Of a DNA stretch of 64,000 bases, positions 31,456 through 47,508 are shown in pieces. Source of the stretch: the human T2T-CHM13v2.0 reference genome, Homo sapiens; NCBI RefSeq assembly GCF_009914755.1, contig NC_060931.1. One strand, given 5' to 3'. The translations under genes and the position numbers were made by a program. Under the pieces are notes generated by a model. It was not told the DNA's origin. It saw only the letters and a list, made by a program, of their open reading frames with translations, and made no database searches. How positions within the stretch are numbered: the first letter of the stretch is position 1; each line of letters begins with the position of its first letter.

Positions 31456-31781
31456 TAAAGGAGAGAAAGAAAACAAAGTGATAAGTGTAAGATAATGTAC
31501 ACACATGTGTAAAAGAAAATGACAAGACAGGATGACTACTTGTCTCTTGGTTAGCTCCTTGGGCTCTATGTCTCCTTCCTCAGAGAACCTCGTTTTCCTT
31601 TGTCCAGATTTGTTAGGGTGGATAATCCAGGCGCCTGCTCTCCCATGATGGAAGCCAAAGACGTCCCTGGAGCCGCCTCCCGCTGCACCCTTTCCTGCAC
31701 TGCCCACATGGACACAACTCAGCCGATTAGACTTCCTCTCAGAACTTTAGTCTTGAGCAAAGGGATTAAAGGGTGAAGTGA

Positions 31782-32176
<395 letters not shown>

Positions 32177-33110
32177 TTCCAAAAGTTTTAAGCAGAGCTC
32201 AGAGGTCTTAACCACAGGCACATCAGAGGAGCATTTTTGAAACGCTTTCCAGCTTCCTCAATAGGAATGGAAGCCAAACTCCGAATTGATGACTCCTTTG
32301 AGGAAGTCGAGAGCTGTAAGGAAAGCCAGGAACAGGGGCAAGGGAGGGATGCGTCCCGAATGATCCTGTGCCAATTCTTTCTGGAATCCTTGATGTGATC
32401 TCAACTGCCCTTTCTATACATGACACAGTGATTGTGGCACCCACTGGTCTAGATGTGGTCTACAAGGAACCCCGAAAGGGAAGGGCACAGTGAGCAGGGC
32501 CATCAGCCTGAGTGATGAGGATTTGAGAGGGCAGGTTGGATGCAGGGAGAGGACTGGCCAAATGCCATGTGTCTGGACTTAGACTGCCTGGTTCAAATTG
32601 GACTTCACCCTTTTTGACTTCGTGATCTGGTACAAGCTACATGAAAATCCGTTGCGCCTTTTCTAGTCTGTAAAATCATCATGAAATGTGCACTAATAAC
32701 GTGGAGACTATGCAGATGAAATGAAACCAGCTGCATAGAGCGCAGAGCTCAGAGCCTGGCCTTTAGGAAGCCCTCAGTAAGGGTTCATGATGCCATGGTG
32801 TCTGTCATCATCCTCTTTATCCTCATCATCACCTTCATAATCTCTTTGTTGTTCTTAGGGAATAGTTTAGAGGGACTGATTCCCTGCTATCATGGGTGAG
32901 ATGTCTGTGAAAAGGACAACCAGTGGGGGAGGAAAGAAAAATTTTGAATAAGATTTCTGAGACCCCCAGCACAACCAAGAACAGAAACTCCACAGTCTGC
33001 TGAGGACAGAGTTTGCATATTGGTCTCCTCACATCTGCCCAGCGCATTCTCCTGTTTGTCCTGAGGAGGAGGAAACAAACAAGGCTCCCAACCGTCCCTC
33101 AGCACTCACT

Positions 33111-34140
33111 TGAAGGGGTGGCCTGCCCCTCCACACCTGTGGGTATTTCTAGTCGGGTGGGACGAGAGACTGAGGAAAGAAATAAGACACAGAGACAAAG
33201 TATGGAGAAACAACAGTGGGCCTAGGGGACCGGCGCTCAGCATACCAAGGATCTGAACCAGCACAGGCCTCTGGGTTCCCTCAGTTTTTATTGATTATTA
33301 TTTTTATTATTTTAGCAAAAAGGAATGTAGTAGGAGGGCAGGGTGATAATAAGGAGAAGGTCAGCAACGAACATGTGAGCAATACAGTCTAAGTCATAAG
33401 GAAGTTCAAGGGAAGGTACTATGACTGGACGTGTCTCTAAGCAAGATTTATGTTTCTCTCCAGCCAAACATCTCAGTGGAGTAAAGAATAACAAGGCAGC
33501 ATTGCTGCCAACATGTCTCACCTCCTACCATAGGGCGGTTTTTCTCCCATCTCAGAATTGAACAAATGTACAATCGGGTTTTATACCGAGACATTCAGTT
33601 CCCAGGGGCAGGCAGGAGACAGCGGCCTTCCTCTCTCTCAACTGCAAGAGGATTTCCTCTTTGACTAATCCACCTCAGCACAGACCCTTTACTGGTGTCG
33701 GGCTCGGGGATGGTCAGGTCTTTCTCCTCCCACGAGGCCACTTTTCAGACTATCACATGGGGAGAAACCTTGGACAATACGGCGCTTTCAAGGGCAGAGC
33801 TCCCTGAGGCTTTCCACAGTGTATTGTGCCCCTGGTTTATTGAGAATAGAGAATGGCGATGACTTTTACCAAGTATACTGCTTGGAAACAACTTGTTAAC
33901 AAGGCACGTCCTGCACAGCCCTAGATCCCTTAAACCTTGATTTCATACAACACATGCTTTTGTGAGCTTCAGGTTGGGTCAAAGTGGTTTGTTCAAAGTG
34001 ACTGGGGCAAAGCTACAGATTAACAACATCTCAGCAAAGAAATTGTTGAAAGTACAGGCCTTTTTCAAAATGGAGTCTCTTATGTCTTTCCTTTCTACAT
34101 AGACACAGTAAGAGTCTGATCGCTCTTTCTTTTGCCTACA
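33111..34140 (-). mobile_element. Solo HERV-K (HML-2) LTR5, LTR5A-like
   Basis: Minus strand starts TGTAGGCAAAAGAAAGAGCGATCAGAC and ends GCCACCCCTTCA; 1030 bp; 6-bp TSD CTCACT at 33105-33110 and 34141-34146. Confidence 0.93.
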
Positions 34141-34559
34141 CTCACTGAACTGCCCTTCCCCTCTGCTGGGCCATGACCACGGAGAACAGGTCCACTGTCC
34201 TCCCTGTGTGGTGCACCATGGAGGCTCAGACTCCGTCCTTGAGGCTGGCAAGAAGACAGGGTAAGACATGAGCCTCCTGATACAGGTGATGTCTGTGGAG
34301 CCCACAGGACTGCAACCTCACACTGCAGGGCTGGAGGCACAGACTATTTACTATTCTGTGGCCTGGGAGCTCAAGGCACAGACCTCCTCATTAGCCAAAG
34401 TCGCCCAAGTTCCCCAACCACTAAGGATTTCCTCATAATAATGCAAGAAGAAGAAGAGAAAAGTGAGTGTCCATAGAAGCTTTGGGGCTCTTCCTCTAAT
34501 CAGGAGAAAGCTGGTGTGTATTCTTAACTTCTTTCTTTTCTTTTTAAACATCCAACTGC

Positions 34560-37700
<3,141 letters not shown>

Positions 37701-37846
37701 AACAAATTTCTGAAGAGAAAATATTTTTAAAATGTCTCAGAATGTGAAACCTCAGGGATACTGTGTCCATTTTATTCTTTTCTATTTCCCATCTTATGTA
37801 TATGCAAGTGTATAACAAAGCAGCAATCAATGTGTGTATAAATCTA

Positions 37847-38287
<441 letters not shown>

Positions 38288-39051
38288 TCATATTACAATT
38301 AATTTCTGTTCTTACACATTGGAGCTTGATGCCTCTAAAAACTTCATCATTGGAACCACCTCTGGTGCTTTAAAAGAAAAAAAAAAATCCACATGCTCAC
38401 ACAGGTGCAAGGAAATCAGAATCTCAGGTATTGAGACCCAGGGCCTCATCATTTGTAAGCTCCCCAGGTGAGTTGACTCAAAACCAAGATTGAGGAAGGG
38501 CGACATGGATCTCTACACATAACCTGCCTAAATAGATTCTCTAGAAGCAGTTTATAAAGAAATTCCAGATGAACTGTGGAAGAGGATATGAATTTGATGT
38601 ACAGTATGTCCTCACTTAACATCTTTGAAAGTCTCTTGGAAACTTCACCTCGAAGCAAAATGATGTATAGTGAAACCACTTATTTTTTATCAACAGTATA
38701 ACTACACAACTTTGAACAACCAATGGTGTTGGAGGACCTCCTGTACATTGTTTCCATAAAGTCAGTTTTCAGGGAATTCCAAAACGAAGTGAGGACTTCG
38801 TGTATATAAAAAGATGGTTGTGATTCCACCTGGATGACAGGGTTATTACTCAGAAACTAAAAGAGGCTGCCTAGGTATAGAGGATTCAGTCATGAGGTTT
38901 CTGCTAAACAAAGGATCCCAGAATCCTCACCCATTCCAGTTAAAGGCATAACGAAGAAAGCAATATTCACAAAGGAAATGCGGAAAGGAATAAAAGCCAT
39001 CAAGCCACAAAAATAATGTGACTAAGGGGCAGGATTTGCAGATGTAGAGAT

Positions 39052-40038
39052 TTAATGTGGTTGCCCTTTCTCACCCACACAAGAAAAAGGATGGAACAGA
39101 TCATGAAATTCGACTGTTCTGCTGAGCACCCTCCGCAGGGCACTTTGTATGTCCCTGTTTCTCAGGCTGTAGATGAAAGGGTTCAGCATGGGAGTGACCG
39201 CAGCATACATCACTGACGCCACTACACCATTGCTGGGGGGTGGTGACACAGCTGAAGTCAGGTACATGCCAATGCCTGTTACATAAAATCAGCAAACAAC
39301 TGCTAGGTGAGAGGCACATGTGGAGAAGGCTTTATACTTCCCATATGATGATGAAATCCTTAGAATGGAGGGGATGATTTTATAGTAAGACCATAGGATC
39401 CCTGAAATGGGAAGAAAACCAAACATAGTACTATCGAAATATATGAATATGCTATTGATGACGCTGTCAGAACAGGCAAGTTTGAGAAGTTGAGAGGGGT
39501 CACAGAAAAAATGAGAGATTTCCACATTCTTGATGATGGTGAATTGTAACACAATTCAACTGTGCAGCTGGGAATCCAACAGGCTAAGGAAAAAGGACAC
39601 CAAAACGAAGAAGACACAGAGGTGAGGATTCACGATGACTGGGTAGTGCAGAGGGCGACAGATGGCTACAAAGCAGTCATAGGCCATCACAGTCAGGAGC
39701 ATGCCTTCTATACATGCAAAAAGGATGAAGAAAGACATCTGCGTCAGACAGCCCGCATGAGAGATGACTCTGCTATGCGACTGCATGTCCACAATCATCT
39801 TGGGAACCGTGGCCAAGGTGAAACCGATGTCAGCCCAGCACAGGTGGGGGTGTGGAGGGGAGAGACAGAGCTGACAGCCAGGATGCTGAGCAGGTTCCTC
39901 AGCACCATGACCAGATACATGGACAGGGACAGGGAGAGCAAAGCGAGGACCGGCTGCAGTTCTGGATCCTCTGAGAGTCCCAGGAGGAGGAATTCTCAGA
40001 CATCTGTGAGATTCTGTGGCTCTGTGTGTCTTGGACAC
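39052..40038 (-). pseudogene. OR7E7P: Olfactory receptor family 7E pseudogene (probably OR7E7P)
   Basis: OR motifs [53 protein letters not shown] split across frames; in-frame stop after VVC; symbol inferred from recalled locus context. Confidence 0.85.
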
Positions 40039-40672
40039 CTTGAGAAGGAAAGAGGATTGGAAAAATAAAAGATAAAAACCAGTCCTTAATGCTGGATGCA
40101 AGCAATTCACAAGGAACATTTTCACACTTGCGGACCATACACCGCCAGCAATGTTTCTCAGTTATGACAATTCCAAAAAATCTCAGAATTATTACGTGAT
40201 TTACTTTTTTGCTATACAAGGCTTTCTGTACATACTACTTTAGAGAAAATCCACTGAAGAATATTAGAAGACCAAAACATCATATATAACAAATCCGTGA
40301 TCTCAGTAAAATACGGCCTACTCTTTTCAGAAAAAATACAATGCAATGACAATGTCCTTCTCGCTTTAAGAAAAAGATCTCAGTCTAATTGAAAGAAATT
40401 AAGAAGCCGTGAAATACACTCTACTTTATTCTGACACCGTGCTACAACTTCCATTGATGTAGAATATGTAAAAGGACGACACAAGAGCTAGGAACCCATT
40501 ATCTGAAAACGAAATCAAACCTTATAGTTCTCAATCGGAAGACCTTTTCACATGCCTGTTACTTTTCGTATTTATTATCATCCTTCAGTTTTCTGACATC
40601 ATTTCTTCATAAAAGTACATGCACACTCAAAGATGGGAGCTGTGTTTCCAAATGAATTGAATATATAACTCT

Positions 40673-40890
40673 TGGCCCAGCACCATGGCTCACACCTGTA
40701 GTCCCAGAACTTTGGGCGGCCGAGGCTGATGGATCACCTGAGGTTAGGAGTTCCAGACCAGCCTGGCCAACGTGGTGAAACCCCGTCTCCAGTGAAAATA
40801 AAAAAACATTAGCCGGGCATGGTGGCGGGTAACCCTAGCTACTCGGGAGGCTGAAGCAGGAGAATCCCTTAGAGCCTGGAAGGCAGAGAT
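40673..40890 (+). mobile_element. Alu truncated at satellite junction
   Basis: Alu stops at GGCAGAGATTG and runs directly into satellite GACACCCTGTGATA. Confidence 0.9.
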
Positions 40891-43405
40891 TGGACACCCT
40901 GTGATAGGATCTTTGATATCCTAGGGAGATATTGCTCCTGACAGCAGAGTGGACGTACACCCTGTGATATTATTTGTAATATCCTAGAAAGATATTGCTC
41001 CTAATATCACGGTGGCTCTACACCCTGTGATCTTAATTGTAATATCCTACAGAGATATTACTCCTAATAATACAGTGGGTGTACACCCTGTGATATTATT
41101 CATAATATATTACAGAGATATGACTCCTGATATCACAGTGAGTGTACACCATGTTTGTACACTCTATGATCTTATTTGTAACAACTTAGAAAAATATTAC
41201 AGCTAATATCAAAGTGGGTGTACACACTGCGATGTTATTTGTTATCTACTAGGTAGATATTACTCCTAATATGACAGTGAGTGTACACCATGTGTGTACA
41301 GACAGTGAAATTATTCATAATACCCTAGGAAGATATTACTCCTCATATCACAGTGGGTGTACACCGTGAGTGATATTTTTTTCTAATATCCAGCGGGGGA
41401 GAGGATGATATTGCTTCCAATATCACAGAAGGTGTACACCCCCCTGTGATATGTTCCTAATATCCAGGGAAGGAGAGGATGACATTATTCGCAATATCAC
41501 TGGGGGTGTACCACCTCCCGCCGGGATATTGTTCTTAATATCCGGAGGTGGAGAGAATGATGTTACTCCCAATATCACAGGGGGTGTACACCACCCCTGT
41601 TTGTAAACACCCCTGATGATATTGTTCCAAATGGCCTGTGAAAGAGTAAACATGACTCCCATTATCGCGGGGGGTGTTCAGCCTTTATGATGTTGTTTTC
41701 TAACATCCAGGGAAGGAGAGTATGCTATTACTCCCAACATCGCAGGGGTTGTACACCCTTTTGTGTTTTTGTGCCCAATATCCAGGAAAATAGAGGATGA
41801 TGTTTCTCCCAATGTCGAAGTAATTGTACAGCACCCCTGTGATATTCTCCCTAATATCCAGAAAGGAAGAGAATGATATTACTCCCAACAGCGTAGGAAA
41901 CGTATACCCGCGCTGTGGTATCTTTCCCAGTATCCAGTTGGGGAGAGGATCATATTACTTCCAATGTCGCAGGGTGTGTACACCCCCTCTGTGATCTCAT
42001 TGCTAACATCCAGGTTTGGGGAGGACGACATTACTCCCAATATCGCAGGGGAAGTACACCCCCCCGTGACCTTGTTAGTCATTTCCTGGGTGGAGAGGAT
42101 GATCTTACTCCCAATATCGCAGGGGGTGTTCACACCCCTGTGAAAATTTTCCTCATATCCAGAGGGCGAGAGGATGATATTACTCCCAGTACTGCAGGGG
42201 GTTTACACAGCCCTGTGATACTCTTCCTAATATCCACAGGGAGAGAGGATGATATGACTCCCAATATCGCAGGGGGGGTACACAACCCTGTGATATTGTT
42301 CCTAATATCCAGAGCGAAAGAGGATGATATGACTCCCAATTTCGCAGAGGGTGTACACCCCCCTGTCCTATTGTTCTGAATACCCTGGGAGGGAGAGGAT
42401 AAGGTGACATTGAATATCGCAGGGAATGTACACCCTCCCCCTCTGATACCCTTCCTAGTATCCAGGGGAAGAGAGGATAACTGTACTCCCAATATCACAG
42501 AGGCAGTACGCCCCACCTGTGATATTGTTCCCAATATGCAAGGGGGGAGAGGATGATACTACTCTCAATATCGCAGAGGTGTTCACATCCCCAGTGACAT
42601 TTTTCCTAATATCTAGGGGAGAGACAATTACATGACAGCAAATGTCGCAGGGTCTGTACGTCCCTTCCTGATATTGTTCCTAATATCCAGGGGGGAAGAG
42701 GATGATATCGAATATGAAAGGGGGTGTACAACCCCCACCCCTAAGATATTGTTCTTAATATTCTTGAGGGGAGGTGAAGATATGACTCCAAATATCGCAA
42801 GGGTTGTTCACACCCCCCTGTGATACTCTTTCTAATATCCGGGGGAGGAGAAAGTAACATGACTTCCAATATTGCGGGTGGTGTAAACCCCACCTGAAAC
42901 ATGGCACCGAATATCCAAAGAGGGAGAGGATGGCATTCATACCAATATCGAAGTGTGTGTACACGCCCCTTGTGACATGGTTTTTAATATCCAGGAGGCG
43001 GGAGGATGATATTAGTCCCAACGTCACAGAAGGTGTACACTACCCCTGTGATATTGTCCCTAACTTCCAGAGGGGAGAGGATGAGATCACTCCCAATATC
43101 TCAGAAGTTGTACATCCCCCGTGATATTGTTCGTCATATCCAGGGAGGCACAGGATGACATTCCATTGAATTTCGCGACAGGCATACACGCACACTGTGA
43201 TATTGTTCCTAATATCCAAGAAGGCAGAGGATGACATTACTCCCAATAAAGCAGTGGGTGTACATTACCCCTGTGTTATTGCCTCTAATATCCGGGACCG
43301 GAGGAGGTGGGGAGAGGATAAGATTCCCTCCAATGTAGCAGGTGGTTTGATGCCCCTCGTGGTGTTGTTTTACATATCCAGCGGGGAAGACAATAATATT
43401 ATTTT
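40891..43405. repeat. SATR1/SATR2-type satellite, left block (about 63-bp units to ~41380, then about 75-bp units)
   Basis: Tandem units with core AATATC(A/G)CAGGGGGTGTACACCC..TGTGATATT; 75-bp spacing seen at 42251 and 42326. Confidence 0.9.
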
Positions 43406-46400
43406 TGATAGTCCGATTCATCCGCTCCACCTTTCCGGAACTCTGAGGCCGGGAGGCGGCATGCAGTTTCCGTGTGATCCCCAATACTTTTGCCGTCTTC
43501 TGTAGCAAGTCAGCCACAAACGCAGGCCCGTTATCTGAGCCGATCCAGAAGGGCAGTCCCAATCTACGAATCAGATCTCGAAGAAGCACACGGGTTACTT
43601 CACGAGCTTTCTCAGTTTGTGTTAGATAAGCCTCCACCCACCCAGAGTAGGTACACCCAAGAACTAGTAAATACTTGTTACCTCCACACTTTGGCATCTC
43701 TGTGAAGTCTACCTGGAGATCTTCAAAGGGGGCCGCTCCATAAGCTTGTATGCTGGGTGGAATGGCTAGACCTTGCCTCGTATCATGCTGTCGGCAGCTG
43801 GCACATCACTGCCTCACTGTTTTGGCAAGGGCTGAGAAAGGCGAGATGTAGAAATACCGGCCTAACAACTTTTTGCAGTGACTCCTGACCTCGATGGGTG
43901 GTTTCTTGCACAGCCAGTACAACTGCAGCTCCTCGCAGCTGTGGCACAGCTACTCTCCCATCTGGTAACCGAATCCATCCTTCTTCCATCACTTGTCCCT
44001 CTACCTGGAGAAAGTCCTTTTCTTCTTTAGAATAAGCAGGTCTAAGATCAGGTGCTTGAGGGAGCAGAGGAGCTGTGACTGATGCCTGGAAAGGGGCAGA
44101 TGCTGCTTTTCGAGCCTCTGAGTCAGTGCGGGAATTCCCCAAGCCCACCAAGGTGGAAGCTCGCTGGTGTCCCCTGCAATGCATAACTGCCACCTTGTGG
44201 GGTTTCCATACTGCTTCTAATAAATGGAAGATCTCTGGTTGATATTTTCTGCCTTTTCCCCCAGAGTTCAATAGGCCCTTTTCTTTCTAGCATGCTCCAT
44301 GCACTTGAAGGGTTAAAAAGGCATACCAAGAATCAGTGTAAGTGTTGACAGTCTCACCCTCACTGAGTTCTAAGGCCCGAATGAAAGCAATGAGTTCAGC
44401 TTTCTGGGCTGAAGTGGCCTGGGGCAACGATCTGGCTTCAACAACAGTGTCCAGGGTTATCACTGCATACCCTGCAACTCTCTCTCCTTGGGGGTTGAAG
44501 AAGCTGCTCCCATGCACGTATAGTTCCCAGTCTACTGATGCCCAAGGCTGGTCCCGGATGTCAGGTCTGCTAGAGTCAACTGAGTCCAACAATTTTACAC
44601 AATCATGCTCGACAGGGCTCTCTGATAGCGGGAGCAAGGTGGCGGGGTGTAGGGTGTTACAAACTTCAATGGTTATATGGGGATTTTCACAGAGCAAACT
44701 TTGGTACTTGGTGAGTCTGGCATTCGTTAGCCAATGATGTCCTTTAGTATTCATTAAAGTCACCACAGCATGGGGGGCCTTTATGTTCAGGTTCTGCCCA
44801 AGAGTCAGCTTCTTTGCTTCTTGTACTAGCAGGGCAGTTGCTGCCAAGGCCCTCAAACACAGGGGCCATCCTTTAGAGACCCCATCTAGTTGTTTGGAGA
44901 GGTAGGCCACCGGCCTCAGCCAGGGCCACACAGTTTGGGTTCAAAGTCCGGCTGCCATCTTTTCTCTCTCTCTGACACATAGGATGTAAAAGGCTTTGTC
45001 AGATAGGGTAGCCCCAGGGCTGGGGCTGACATAAGTTTCTCCTTTAACTCATGAAAGACTTGCTGTTGTTGGGATCCCCATTCAAAAAGTTCCCGGTCCC
45101 CGCCCCATTGGTGACCTCATACAAAGGCTTGGCTAATACTGCAAAGTTTGGGATCCGCAGTCTACAAATCCCACAGCTCCTAAGAATTCTCTCACCTGCC
45201 TTCTGCTCTTAGGCTCTGCTAGATTACAAATGACCTGCTTTCTTTCTGATCCCAAGCTGCGTTGCCCCTGTCGGATAGTAAATCCCAAGGAACGTACCTG
45301 CTGTAGGCAGATCTGAGCTTTCTTCTTGGACGCCTTACACCCACAGTCCTCCAGGTGTTGGCGTAGGGCAATCCATTCCCTTGGCGCACCGGACTGCCGT
45401 GGGGTGTCCCAGCAAAAGCTCATCAACCTAGCGGAGCAACGCGCAGCCTAGGTCTCTGGTGGGAAACTTCTGGAGGTCTCGAGCCCACGCCTCCCTGAAG
45501 ATGGTGGGGGAGTTCTTGAACTCTTGGGGAAGCTCGGTCAAAGTGTACTGAGTAGTGACACCTGACTCCGGATCTTCCCACTGAAAGGCAAACAGCTTCT
45601 GGCTCTCCGGGGCTAATCTGATAGGAAAGAAAGCGTCTCTCAGGTCCAAGCAGGTGAACCAGCTGTCCTCGGCTGGCAGCAACCCCAACAATGTGGACGG
45701 GCTAGGTACTGTTGGATGGAAAGTCAGGGTAGCTTGACTAAGCAAGCGTGAATGCTGTCCCGGCCTGTAGTCCTTGGTCCATGGCTTGGGAACAGGCAGG
45801 AGGGGAGTGTTCCGTTGAGACTGACAAGGAACTATCATACCCAAAGTTCTTAGGTGCTTAAGAAGGACCTGGATACCTTGAAGAGCTTCTCTGGGGACCG
45901 GGTCCTGTTTTTGCCTAAGCGGCTGGGCCCCAGTCTTAACTGGCCAACCCTGGAGGGTTGTCTTCTGCCTGTACTCTTGGCCACCGCTTAGCCAGAGCTG
46001 GTCTTCTCTCTTGGCCTGGCTCAGTTCACAAAAGTCTCCATTCCTCCTCTCGGGGGACCGTAAGGGTCATAATGACTCCCGTGGTGGGTAACTTTAGCAG
46101 CAAAGAGCTGTGTTCTGTCAAAGAGAGAGCAGCTCTCAGCTTGCTAAGCAAGTCCCTTCCCAACAAGGGCAAGGGACAGCCAGGCATGTACAAAAACTGA
46201 TGAATCACTTGATGTCCTCCTACAGTGCAAGTCCCAGGCAAGCAGAAAGCTTGCTTTGCTGAAACCCCCGTGGCTCTGGTGACGTCAATAGTCTTTCTGG
46301 ATAAGGGGGCGACCGGGGCGGCTACTAGCGAATGTTCAGCACCGCTATCTACAAGAAAAACAATGTCTCTACCCTCGACTGTCATTCTGACCAGAGGCTC

Positions 46401-47508
46401 TTTGAGAACACTTGAGCCTGGTTTCCCTCAGTCCGATAACCCTTCTGCCAGGTTGAGCCGGGACCCTTCCTCCTTGTCCGGGGCCTCCTGCTCTGAGTCA
46501 CCTTGTTTTCTTTTGAGCTCAGGGCATTTGTTCTTCCACTATCCTATTTCTTTACAATAAGCATACTAGTGACGCTGCAAACTCTGACAGCCAAGCTGAG
46601 TTTCTTTCCCAGGGCCCCCCTTCCCTTGCTTCTTTGAGGGGACAGCTCTGATTGCTGCAGCTAACAAACAGGTCAGCGTTTCACCGGGCCTGACCTTCAT
46701 TCTCTTTGCACTTTCCCTCGCGGCTTACTGCATCCCTGTTTACAAACACCTGCTTAGCTATTTCTCATCAATGTGATGTATTCATCCCTGCAAGCCCAGC
46801 CTGCTTCTGCAGTTTTCTTCTAACGTCTTCCGCGCTTTGACGGACTAAAGCCATGTGAATCATGCGCTGATTTTCAGGGTTATCAGGATCAAGGGGAGTA
46901 TACATACCATAGGCCTCACACAGTCTCTGGTAGAATTGTGCTGGACTTTCTTCTTTTCCCTGAATGACCTCAGAGACCTTGTTAACGTTTGTGGCCTTCT
47001 GAGCTCCCCTCTTGAATCCTTCCAAGAGAGCTTCCCTGTCTCAGTTTAGCCTTTGCATATCCTCTCTTTCGTGTGGGTCCAACTGGGGGTGGGTTCCTGG
47101 TAACTGGGTCCTTCCATACTCTTGGGGTTTTTGATAATCAGCTGGTGTATGTTCCTCTAGCCACTTAGTTGCTACGTGGAGCCCTCTCCGCCTTTTGCCT
47201 TTCATCTCTCTTAAAGAGTAACATGAGCAACCGGTGGCGATCAGCCCAGGTGGGGTTGTGGGTCTGGATAACAGTTTGGAGCAAATCAATTAGTGCTTGC
47301 GGCTTTTCGCTCTAGGACGGGGTATTGTTTTCCCAGTTGAGAAGGTCGGCAAAGGTGAAGGGCTGGTACACAAAAACACGTCTCTCCACCACGTGACCAT
47401 CCTCCTCTCTCCCAGTATACCGCTGCTCTCTCAGGGGCGTTTGGATCCCTGTTTTGGGTCGTAAACGGGTTGCCGAGGGAGGGGTGGAATGGCGCAATGT
47501 TACTTACC
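43406..47508 (-). mobile_element. LTR-less class I ERV (HERV-E-like) gag-pro-pol fragment, disrupted
   Basis: Gag (QGKEESPAQFYQRL), protease (FLVDSGAEHS), RT (CLDLRDAFF, LPQEFKNSP; YVDD position reads stop-V-D-E), RNase H (WELYVHGSS, SAQKAELIA, YTDS), integrase (SDNGPAF, PQSSGKVERMNRTIK); no env or LTR. Confidence 0.92.

Noticed and set aside
41915-42534. ORFs with 25-aa repeats (ISRGREDDITPNIAGGVH...)
   Set aside because: Translation artefact of a 75-bp satellite unit
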